A stretch of DNA of 28,839 nt from a virus (Duplodnaviria > Caudoviricetes), in the IMG/VR virus record IMGVR_UViG_3300013004_000142, positions 1 through 28,839 of that record; one strand, written 5' to 3'. Under the pieces are notes generated by a model. That model saw nothing but the letters and a program-made list of their open reading frames with translations. It was not told the DNA's origin and searched no databases. The translations under genes were made by a program, and so were the position numbers. This document shows, piece after piece, positions 18,741 to 26,134 of this stretch. The stretch's first letter is position 1, and each line of letters begins with the position of its first letter.

Positions 18741-18929
18741 ATGAAAAAATTCATTATCAAACGCCCCACATCTGCTAATCCAAATATAATGGAGTGGAAA
18801 ACGTATCAAAAAGAAGGAACTACTTGGGTAGGCCCTATTGAATACGCTACACGAGCAGAAGCTGAAGCTGCTGCTGCAGAATGGTCGCCAGCTACGGTTA
18901 TTGTAGAGGTAGAAGTTCCGGATCAGTAA
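18741..18929 (+). CDS. Hypothetical protein (62 aa)
   Basis: GGAG RBS and putative late promoter upstream; fills the gap between operon genes. Confidence 0.6.
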   Translation: MKKFIIKRPTSANPNIMEWKTYQKEGTTWVGPIEYATRAEAEAAAAEWSPATVIVEVEVPDQ

Positions 18930-18941
18930 TAGCATCCACTT

Positions 18942-18976
18942 AAAGAGCCTGTACTATATACTAGTGAGGCTCTTTT
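18942..18976 (+). promoter_or_regulatory. Stem-loop (terminator-like) that sequesters the RBS of the downstream gmhB-like gene
   Basis: AAAGAGCCT (18942-18950) pairs with AGGCTCTTT (18967-18975); inner ACTA/TAGT pair; GAGG at 18966-18969 lies in the 3' arm; ATG at 18980. Confidence 0.6.
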
Positions 18977-18979
18977 ATT

Positions 18980-19549
18980 ATGACTAAAAATTCAATTACT
19001 ATAGGGTTAGATCGCGATGGCACTATCAATCAAGACATGGGCACCGCAGTAACTCATCCGTCTCAGTTTATTCCAATACCAAACAGTCTTGAAGCAGTTG
19101 CGTTGATGCGCCGCAAGGGATATAATATCGCAATCCTCACAAATCAAGCCGGAATTAGTCGAGGGGAAATGACTGTTGAAGAGGTTGATCAAGTACACCA
19201 ATACATGCTAGAATTGTTAGGCAAAGCAGGGTGTTCTAGCATTGATGGTATCTATTATAGTACTACAAACTTAAAACAAGATGTCTACGCCAAACCTAAT
19301 GTTGGTATGTTTAAACGTGCAGAAGAAGAGCAGCGAATAAAATTTAAGGGCGGTGCGTATGTTGGGGATAAGATCAGCGATTTGAAAGCAGCTGAAAAAA
19401 TAAAAGCTGTACCTGTATTAGTTAAAACAGGCCATGGCGTAGACACTATTATAAAACTGAATACATTTGCAAATCGAGATCTTAAGAAAAAAACACAGAT
19501 TTTTGAAAATCTTTGGCAATTTGCAGACTCTTTGCCTTGGATAGAATAA
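18980..19549 (+). CDS. gmhB: D-glycero-D-manno-heptose-1,7-bisphosphate phosphatase (HAD IIIA)
   Basis: GLDRDGTIN, ILTNQAGISRG, KPNVGMF, YVGDKISDLKAA, LVKTGHG; adjacent to hld genes. Confidence 0.85.
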   Translation: MTKNSITIGLDRDGTINQDMGTAVTHPSQFIPIPNSLEAVALMRRKGYNIAILTNQAGISRGEMTVEEVDQVHQYMLELLGKAGCSSIDGIYYSTTNLKQDVYAKPNVGMFKRAEEEQRIKFKGGAYVGDKISDLKAAEKIKAVPVLVKTGHGVDTIIKLNTFANRDLKKKTQIFENLWQFADSLPWIE

Positions 19550-19578
19550 TTGACATTATTTGCATAGCATGTTAACAT
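19550..19578 (+). promoter_or_regulatory. Sigma70-type promoter
   Basis: TTGACA (19550-19555), 17 nt spacer, TAACAT (19573-19578); an additional TATAAT at 19581-19586; AGGA RBS before ATG 19598. Confidence 0.55.
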
Positions 19579-19597
19579 TGTATAATAGGATATGTAA

Positions 19598-19960
19598 ATG
19601 AAATTATTTGGCAAAATAGAAAAAGGTTGGGGACACGAAATAATATTTTCTTCGACTGCCCAATACTGTGGAAAATATCTTGTGTTCGCCAAGGCCGGTA
19701 ACAAGTTCAGTATGCATTATCATCTCGTCAAAGATGAAAGCTGGAACGTCAACCGGGGTCTTTTCTTATTGAGATATATAGACACAAAGACTGCCACGAT
19801 ACACGAAAAAATCTTAAACACAGGTGATAATTGGCATAATCCTGCAGGATTGCCACATCAACTCGAAGCATTGGAAGACAATTCAATTATAATTGAAGTA
19901 AGTACACCAGATTCTGTAGAAGATAATTTTAGAATATTTCCCGGTGATAGTCAACGATGA
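19598..19960 (+). CDS. Cupin, sugar ketol-isomerase-like (D-lyxose/mannose isomerase-like)
   Basis: KGWGHE, YCGKYL, FSMHYHLVKDESW, PAGLPHQLEA, IIEVST: two-motif cupin with H-x-H...E...H metal ligands. Confidence 0.65.
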   Translation: MKLFGKIEKGWGHEIIFSSTAQYCGKYLVFAKAGNKFSMHYHLVKDESWNVNRGLFLLRYIDTKTATIHEKILNTGDNWHNPAGLPHQLEALEDNSIIIEVSTPDSVEDNFRIFPGDSQR

Positions 19961-20358
19961 CTCGAGTCGTTGTAAACGGGTCATTTGATCTTCTCCATCT
20001 CGGACATCTGAAATTATTAGAATATGCACGAAGTTATCCTCAGAGTTATGTGTTGGTTCTCACTGACAGCGATCGTCGAATACAGCAACTGAAGGGAGAT
20101 TCACGCCCTATACATAATGAATACGAACGATGCAGCTTTTTATCGGCATTGAAATTTGTAGATCGAGTAGAAATTTTTGATTCAGATCAAGAATTAGAAA
20201 ATCTCATCAAAGAGTTTCAACCTGACGTAATGGTCAAAGGCAGTGACTATCAAGATAAAAAAATTATTGGAGCGGAATACTGTAGAGAAATTAAATTTTA
20301 TGCAAGATTTGAAAAATATTCAACTACAAACAAAATACAAGATATTATTAATCGGTGA
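19957..20358 (+). CDS. hldC: Heptose-1-phosphate adenylyltransferase (RfaE/HldE domain II, HldC-like)
   Basis: NGSFDLLHLGH (HxGH), DSD..I..LKG..RPI, VDRVEIF, PDVMVKGSDY, YSTT. Confidence 0.85.
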   Translation: MTRVVVNGSFDLLHLGHLKLLEYARSYPQSYVLVLTDSDRRIQQLKGDSRPIHNEYERCSFLSALKFVDRVEIFDSDQELENLIKEFQPDVMVKGSDYQDKKIIGAEYCREIKFYARFEKYSTTNKIQDIINR

Positions 20359-21073
20359 TGATTGTAATGATGTTTACACATATGGTTATGTGAAACGCAT
20401 CAGTCCTGAAGCACCTGTACCCATTTTTGAACCACACTATACCATTTACAAAGATGGTATGGCGGGTAATGTACGAGAAAATTTACAAGCATTGGGATGT
20501 GATGTTGATTTCCTAAGAGACAAAGACGGAGTTAGTGAGAAAAATAGATTGATTGATGAACGCACTAAACAACAATTACTGCGTATAGATAAAGATGCTA
20601 AGTCCAATCCCATCACGTTTGAAACAGCAATACCTCCTGTGTATGATGCTATCGTAATCAGCGACTACAACAAAGGCACAGTGACTTACGAACTCATAGA
20701 AGAACTGGTTCGAGAAGTAAACGTACCCATCTTTGTTGATACAAAGAAAACAGATCTAGCAAGATTAAAAGGTTGCTACGTTAAGATTAATGCATTAGAG
20801 AAAAGTCGTGCAACAAGTTTACCTGACCCAGAATATTTAATTATCACTCACGGCAGTGATGGTGCTGAATGGAGTGATTGGGTATTTCCTGCTGAGCTTG
20901 TGGGAGATGTGACTGATGTATGCGGTGCGGGTGATACATTCTTAGCGGCTCTTGCATACAAATTTTTAGAGACTAATAAAATGAATGAAGCTGTTATATT
21001 TGCAAACAAGGCAGCGGCTATCACAGTACAACATATAGGTGTGTATGCACCACGTATGGAAGAAATCAAATGA
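20300..21073 (+). CDS. hldA: Heptose-7-phosphate kinase (RfaE/HldE domain I, HldA-like, PfkB family)
   Basis: Likely start ATG 20300. ILLIGD, RISPEAPVP, GMAGNV, QQLLRID, ISDYNKG, FVDTK, DVTDVCGAGDTF. Confidence 0.88.
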   Translation: MQDLKNIQLQTKYKILLIGDDCNDVYTYGYVKRISPEAPVPIFEPHYTIYKDGMAGNVRENLQALGCDVDFLRDKDGVSEKNRLIDERTKQQLLRIDKDAKSNPITFETAIPPVYDAIVISDYNKGTVTYELIEELVREVNVPIFVDTKKTDLARLKGCYVKINALEKSRATSLPDPEYLIITHGSDGAEWSDWVFPAELVGDVTDVCGAGDTFLAALAYKFLETNKMNEAVIFANKAAAITVQHIGVYAPRMEEIK

Positions 21074-21939
21074 TTATACTAACTGGAGCTGGAGGATTTA
21101 TCGGCAGTGTATTATTAGGATACTTAAATTCCCAACGAATCACTGATATTCTTATAGTAGATGATCTGCCCTACCAAAATCAATACAAAAATCTCATAGG
21201 TAAACAGTACAAAAGACTTGTTTCTATAAATGACATCGACTCGATCGATGAAGATATCACCGGAGTTATACACATCGGTGCCAATGCTAATACCCTAGAA
21301 AAAAATTGGAGTTCAATTTATACAACAAATGTTAAATCTACAAGGAAATGGAATGCATTTTGTAAACAACGCAAAATACCTTTTATTTTTACTTCTAGCG
21401 CATCAGTGTATGGCAACGGCCACGGCCCGATAAATCAATACGCATTCAGCAAACTACTCAGTGAAAATGAAGTGGAAGGAGTTGTCCTTCGATTGTTCAA
21501 TGTATATGGGCCTAACGAGTATCACAAAGGCAGAATGGCTTCTACAATTTTACACTGGTTTAATCAAATCAAAGAAACTGAAGAAATAAAAATATTTGAA
21601 AATAGCAAGAATTATTTTAGAGATTTTGTATGGGTTGAAGATATAGCAAAAACTATATATCATTTTATGTTTGAAAATTATCAACCTGGAATTTATGATC
21701 TCGGCAGTGGCTCCAACATAGATTTTGAAACTGTAGCAGATCTAGTAATATCTAATACAAACAAAGGCAAAAAAAGATTTGTAGATATGCCTGATGATCT
21801 TAAAAAACAGTATCAAATAAATACATTAGCTGATACGAAATTATTAACAAAATCGGGTGTAGATGTTGAAAGTTTTACCAAAGTGCATGAAGGCATCGCA
21901 ACATACATAGATTATTTGGCTAAAACTCGTTATTACTAA
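21070..21939 (+). CDS. hldD: ADP-L-glycero-D-manno-heptose-6-epimerase
   Basis: MIILTGAGGFIGS, DILIVDD, HIGA, SSASVYG, YAFSK (YxxxK), RLFNVYGPNEYHKGRMAS, RDFVWVED, MPDDLKKQYQ..T.AD. Confidence 0.9.
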   Translation: MIILTGAGGFIGSVLLGYLNSQRITDILIVDDLPYQNQYKNLIGKQYKRLVSINDIDSIDEDITGVIHIGANANTLEKNWSSIYTTNVKSTRKWNAFCKQRKIPFIFTSSASVYGNGHGPINQYAFSKLLSENEVEGVVLRLFNVYGPNEYHKGRMASTILHWFNQIKETEEIKIFENSKNYFRDFVWVEDIAKTIYHFMFENYQPGIYDLGSGSNIDFETVADLVISNTNKGKKRFVDMPDDLKKQYQINTLADTKLLTKSGVDVESFTKVHEGIATYIDYLAKTRYY

Positions 21940-21944
21940 TCTGA

Positions 21945-21951
21945 ATAAATA
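21945..21951 (+). promoter_or_regulatory. Late promoter core ATAAATA, 5 nt before ATG
   Basis: ATAAATA-ctaat-ATG(21957); no Shine-Dalgarno. Confidence 0.65.
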
Positions 21952-21956
21952 CTAAT

Positions 21957-23909
21957 ATGGCAAAGATCCCAGTACTTGACGCAGTAAGAATCATACCTAG
22001 AGATACAGATTTTCTTGATAGAAAATCAGGTATTCGCGGTGAGATATTTTATGATCAATCCTCAAATACCCTAAGACTGTATAACGGATCTATAGTTGGC
22101 GGTGTAAATCTTGCCAAGGCTAATCTCACTAATGTGTCTAATGCAGATTTCTTAGCCAAAGCTAATTCGGCAGGATTCAGCGGTGGAGTTCAATCGGGGG
22201 TGGCTGGAAAAATAGCCTATTATCCCAGCAATGGTTCTCAAGTCAATGATCTGACAGAATTTTCATGGACTGCAAATACCAGTACTTTGTCACTGACCGG
22301 AATTATCAACGTTACAGGTCAAAAAAATCGTATCAGATTCCACTGGGATACTCTAGCAGATCTTAACGCAGAAGTATCTCCTGTGGATTATCACGGTATG
22401 GTAGCACATGTGCATGACACAGGAAAATTATACTATGCCCATGCTGGTGCTTGGGTACCTGTGGCCAGCGAAGCTAGTGTAGCAGCTAGTCTACCAAATT
22501 CCATAGCCTTGGTTGCAGGCACAAACATAACCATCGGCTTTGACAACGATTCCAGCCAAGATATATATACCATCAATTCGACTACCAGCACAGGCACTAT
22601 CACCTTTGTGGGAACCACTATAGATTCAGCAGATAGTTCCGCTATCACATTTACTCCCACAGTGTCTTTTGACAGTGATATCATAGTTGGAAATGCCATT
22701 GTATTTCCAGACGGCACTTATCAGCAGACCAGTGCTGTGGGTGTTCCAGGGCCGCAGGGGCCAATCGGCCCAACAGGAGCGTCAGGAGCTGGGTCAGGCG
22801 ATGTGCTTAGTGCCGGAGGCAGTTATGTAGACAATCGGATTGTTCGATATGATGGCACAACAGGTACAATCATACAGGTCAGCAGTGCTAGCATATCAGA
22901 TGCTGGATTGTTGACTGCTACTAGTTTTAGTGGCACTGGGACTTTGATAACTGCGTTGAACGCTACAGAACTAACTTCAGGTACTATACCAGATGCAAGA
23001 TTTCCAGCTACATTACCAGCGGCTAGTGGGACAAATCTCACAGCACTCAATGCCACACAGTTAACATCTGGCACCGTGCCTGTTTTAAGATTGGGCTCAT
23101 CGGGAACTAGAGACAACACCACATATCTAAGAGGCGATAATACCTGGGCCACAGTAGCTAGTGGAGGCACAGCATCTGATAGTTTTGCTACTATCGCAGT
23201 GGCAGGTCAAAGTTCAGTTGTTGCTGATTCAGCTACAGATACACTAACACTAGTAGGTGCAGGTGGCATTACTATTACAACTAATGCGACCACTGACACT
23301 ATAACTATTACAGGGTCGGGAGGTGGCACAGCATCTGATAGTTTTGCTACTATCGCAGTAGAAGGTCAAAGTTCAGTTGTTGCTGATTCAGCCACAGATA
23401 CTCTTACGCTAGCAGCCGGTGCAGGTATCTCAATTACCACTAATGCTGGCACAGATACCGTGACTATAACCAGTACAGTTTCAGCAGGTGCTACAGCATT
23501 TACTGGACTATCAGATGCTGCTGGATTAACCGTAGATCAATTTTATCTACCAGCAATTACAAGATTAAATGTAACCAACAACGGAGCTAGTGCTTACAGG
23601 TTTGACCAATATGGAACCACTGATGATCCTACAATTTATGCAATTAATGCCACTACCATCGCATTCAATCTCAATGTCGCAGGTCATCCTTTCTTGATAC
23701 AGGACAACACCGGCACAAATTACAACACTGGGTTAGTACATGTGACCACAGGCGGTACAGTGACCACAGGAGCGTCTGCCCAAGGACAAACATCGGGTAC
23801 GTTATACTGGAAGATTCCGGATAGTATTTCTGGCAACTATAGATACCAGTGCAGCATTCATGCTGCTATGATAGGCACGATAACCATCAAGAACTTTGGC
23901 AGTATTTAA
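21957..23909 (+). CDS. Virion fibre-like protein with short collagen stretch, internal repeats and C-terminal cupredoxin-like domain
   Basis: GEIFYD..NTLRLYNG N-terminal module; GVPGPQGPIGPTGASGAG; duplicated ALNATxLTSGTxP; duplicated 53-aa SDSFATIAVxGQSSVVADSATDTLTL unit; C-terminal GHPF...YQCSIHAAMIGTI. Confidence 0.7.
   Translation: MAKIPVLDAVRIIPRDTDFLDRKSGIRGEIFYDQSSNTLRLYNGSIVGGVNLAKANLTNVSNADFLAKANSAGFSGGVQSGVAGKIAYYPSNGSQVNDLTEFSWTANTSTLSLTGIINVTGQKNRIRFHWDTLADLNAEVSPVDYHGMVAHVHDTGKLYYAHAGAWVPVASEASVAASLPNSIALVAGTNITIGFDNDSSQDIYTINSTTSTGTITFVGTTIDSADSSAITFTPTVSFDSDIIVGNAIVFPDGTYQQTSAVGVPGPQGPIGPTGASGAGSGDVLSAGGSYVDNRIVRYDGTTGTIIQVSSASISDAGLLTATSFSGTGTLITALNATELTSGTIPDARFPATLPAASGTNLTALNATQLTSGTVPVLRLGSSGTRDNTTYLRGDNTWATVASGGTASDSFATIAVAGQSSVVADSATDTLTLVGAGGITITTNATTDTITITGSGGGTASDSFATIAVEGQSSVVADSATDTLTLAAGAGISITTNAGTDTVTITSTVSAGATAFTGLSDAAGLTVDQFYLPAITRLNVTNNGASAYRFDQYGTTDDPTIYAINATTIAFNLNVAGHPFLIQDNTGTNYNTGLVHVTTGGTVTTGASAQGQTSGTLYWKIPDSISGNYRYQCSIHAAMIGTITIKNFGSI
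23166..23401 (+). repeat. 77-bp direct repeat pair (23166-23242 and 23325-23401), period 159 bp
   Basis: GGCACAGCATCTGATAGTTTTGCTACTATCGCAGT...GGTCAAAGTTCAGTTGTTGCTGATTCAGC.ACAGATAC occurs twice with 3 mismatches; in-frame 53-aa domain duplication. Confidence 0.9.
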
Positions 23910-24181
23910 TTTTTCTGTGCCTGTGACCAGTCTTTGATTCTGGTTTCTAATTTTTTTCTTATAGCCGTAATATCCTGTTTCATTTCACTGCCCATAGTAG
24001 GCAGCTGGCGACTATAGACCATCTCCATGTGCATGCTGTCTAATTTTTTTATTTCCGCAATCAGTTTATTCAGCAGTTGTTGAGATTCTTGTTTAGACGC
24101 ACCTTCGGGCATACTGGCAATAGCGGTGCGATATCTTGCACAGTCTTCTTGAAATCTAGTAGATTTAATCAGTGATGACAT
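23906..24181 (-). CDS. Hypothetical helical protein (91 aa)
   Basis: Last gene of the minus-strand operon; its stop shares TTAA with the convergent gene; amphipathic helical pattern. Confidence 0.65.
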   Translation of the reverse strand: MSSLIKSTRFQEDCARYRTAIASMPEGASKQESQQLLNKLIAEIKKLDSMHMEMVYSRQLPTMGSEMKQDITAIRKKLETRIKDWSQAQKN

Positions 24182-24551
24182 TTTCTAACTCCATAATAGT
24201 TTCTATTTTGGTTCTAATTACAGCATTATTTAATGTGGTCTTTAGTCCCATATGCAACTGTTTGGGAAGACAATCTAAATCACTCCAACATATGGTTTTC
24301 GATGACATGGTCAAAAACTCTTGATTAACCACACAGACATATGTGCCGTATTCAAACCCACGATCCTCTGACAGATACAGTTCTATAGGCACTATTCGTC
24401 CCGGCGCATACTGACTCAATAAAGTGTGTGCATCATCTAAAAGACTGGATTTACGAGCAAAGGTAGGCACAGTCCACTTCTCGGCATCTAAAATTAATAG
24501 TATGCGTCCTGTGGTTTTAGCTAAAAATAATAATCCGGCACGCTGTTGCAT
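24165..24551 (-). CDS. Degenerate NUDIX-fold-like protein
   Basis: Start reassigned to MQQRAGLLFLAKTTGRILLIL. AG.LF....GRILL, W..P, ..W..LD.LP..LH.GL resemble phage NUDIX proteins, but no intact Nudix box (REUxEE) is present. Confidence 0.5.
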   Translation of the reverse strand: MQQRAGLLFLAKTTGRILLILDAEKWTVPTFARKSSLLDDAHTLLSQYAPGRIVPIELYLSEDRGFEYGTYVCVVNQEFLTMSSKTICWSDLDCLPKQLHMGLKTTLNNAVIRTKIETIMELENVITD

Positions 24552-24556
24552 GCAGA

Positions 24557-24563
24557 TACTTAT
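24557..24563 (-). promoter_or_regulatory. Late promoter variant ATAAGTA, 5 nt before ATG
   Basis: The minus strand reads ATAAGTA-tctgc-ATG(24551), overlapping the upstream stop. Confidence 0.45.
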
Positions 24564-26134
24564 CCGCCCGCGAGTTTGAAGTTCCATTCTCCTGGCAGAT
24601 ATTCACCTTCAAAGGCCTTAATCCATTGTGTTCCATCCCACTTGTATTTGATACCCGTACGGATATTTTGTATATAAAACGGAAGAAACACTTGTCCCAA
24701 TACATCTGCTGCCTCTACGGTATTTTGATCTGGATCCCATACTGTTGCCCATGTACGTCCGGTCCATTCTACAATAGAGTTGGCCTTGATGATAGGATCT
24801 GTGCCGTCTTGATTTTCCCACGATGAATCATTATTGCTGGGTTCTCTCCAGGCCTGTGGGCCACGATAAGGTACACTAGTGCTATCTGCTGGATTAGAAG
24901 GTAGATTGATATAACCGCCACGGTTCTCGCTGTTGTTGACATCATCCAGCATTAAAAATCTCAAGCCCAGTGGAATCTGTGCATGTGATCCGTATACTTC
25001 TAGAGGATTATACTTGTAAGGATCAATGATAGCATCTATCGTGCCACGGGCAGCTACTCCAGGTATAGTGCTGGTTATGTCATCATTAGCAGGGTATGTG
25101 TCTGAATCTAGAGACACTACTAATATGCTAGGATCCATTGGGTTGATTACAAATGTGCCTACTATTGGATAGCCGTTGGCTTTTTTAAACGAAACTTCAC
25201 TGCCCGGGACATACCCACCTTGTGTATTCAATATTATATTCCAATCAATTGGTTCACCGTTTTTAAATTCCTTTTCGCCAAGACCCAGTGAATTCACAGC
25301 TTCGATTGGTTTGACCAATGTTAGATCATATTGATTATCGCTTGGGTCGCCGGTGTTTGATTTGAACAATAGAACTCCGTATCTACCAAACGGTCCGACA
25401 TCTAATTTAATATCAATAGCACCGTCATAAATTAAATTTTCTAAATCTACTATATCACCCTCTTCAGTGAACACATTGGCTATGATGCTCTGTACTATGC
25501 CTAGTTTTTTCACTTTGGCTGGAGGTGATATGTACACAGGCATTTCAAATTCTAAACTGCATATGTCTATATCTGATTCTGCTCCTTGTGGTATGGATCT
25601 ACTTGAAAAATTAGTGCTGGTTAGATACATGGCACTGAGACTGGTCCAGTCAATGTAGTTGTCTGTGGTCTGTAGTTCTAAGCTAGGATTAAACAGCACT
25701 AATATCTGTTCAAGCAACTGTAGTTTTTGATCTGTGTTAGAAGTCCACAGATCTGCTTTCATAGTCAATTTAAACGGTGTTGGCATTAACCGTTCTACTG
25801 TATAACTGCCGCCTTGTGCGCCAGTGTATTCCCTAGTACCACTTGCGTCTGTAAATCTGCGTTCTCGGATATGTATCTTTGAAATAAATGTAGGATCACT
25901 GAGCCTGTTAGTATCCATTTCAAGCCCTGTGATATAACAGGCAATCCTAGGCACCGTGGGCATTTTATTTTCTGAATTGTCTTTGATGATGCTGGCTACC
26001 TGTCTAGTAAGGTCACCATACATCACAGGTATCTGTCGTTGATCGCCGTCGCCTGCTTGATACTTAAATCCAATAAACACACGCATGAACTGTGTGACAT
26101 AGCGTCTTATCTGGCCGTCGTAGTGAAAATCCAT
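24560..26134 (-). CDS. Tail completion / sheath stabilizer, T4 gp15-like, with C-terminal extension
   Basis: FHYDGQIRRYVTQFMRVF...IPVMYG, PRIACYITGLEMD..R, PTPF.L, QLLEQILVLFNP resemble gp15; next to neck genes. Confidence 0.75.
   Translation of the reverse strand: MDFHYDGQIRRYVTQFMRVFIGFKYQAGDGDQRQIPVMYGDLTRQVASIIKDNSENKMPTVPRIACYITGLEMDTNRLSDPTFISKIHIRERRFTDASGTREYTGAQGGSYTVERLMPTPFKLTMKADLWTSNTDQKLQLLEQILVLFNPSLELQTTDNYIDWTSLSAMYLTSTNFSSRSIPQGAESDIDICSLEFEMPVYISPPAKVKKLGIVQSIIANVFTEEGDIVDLENLIYDGAIDIKLDVGPFGRYGVLLFKSNTGDPSDNQYDLTLVKPIEAVNSLGLGEKEFKNGEPIDWNIILNTQGGYVPGSEVSFKKANGYPIVGTFVINPMDPSILVVSLDSDTYPANDDITSTIPGVAARGTIDAIIDPYKYNPLEVYGSHAQIPLGLRFLMLDDVNNSENRGGYINLPSNPADSTSVPYRGPQAWREPSNNDSSWENQDGTDPIIKANSIVEWTGRTWATVWDPDQNTVEAADVLGQVFLPFYIQNIRTGIKYKWDGTQWIKAFEGEYLPGEWNFKLAGG

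Noticed and set aside
20243-20358. Programmed frameshift fusing the HldC-like and HldA-like genes
   Set aside because: An in-frame ATG at 20300 explains the kinase as a separate overlapping gene, no convincing slippery site was found, and the fused order would be opposite to HldE. Not fully excluded.
18980-21939. Bacterial LPS locus (host contamination or chromosome)
   Set aside because: Contiguous with T4-like neck, tail and dNMP kinase genes, flanked by phage late-promoter motifs, and no other LPS core or housekeeping genes are present.
23166-23401. Near-identical repeat pair as a possible DGR template/variable repeat
   Set aside because: Both copies are in frame within one gene, one of three mismatches (T/C) does not involve adenine, and no reverse transcriptase is present.
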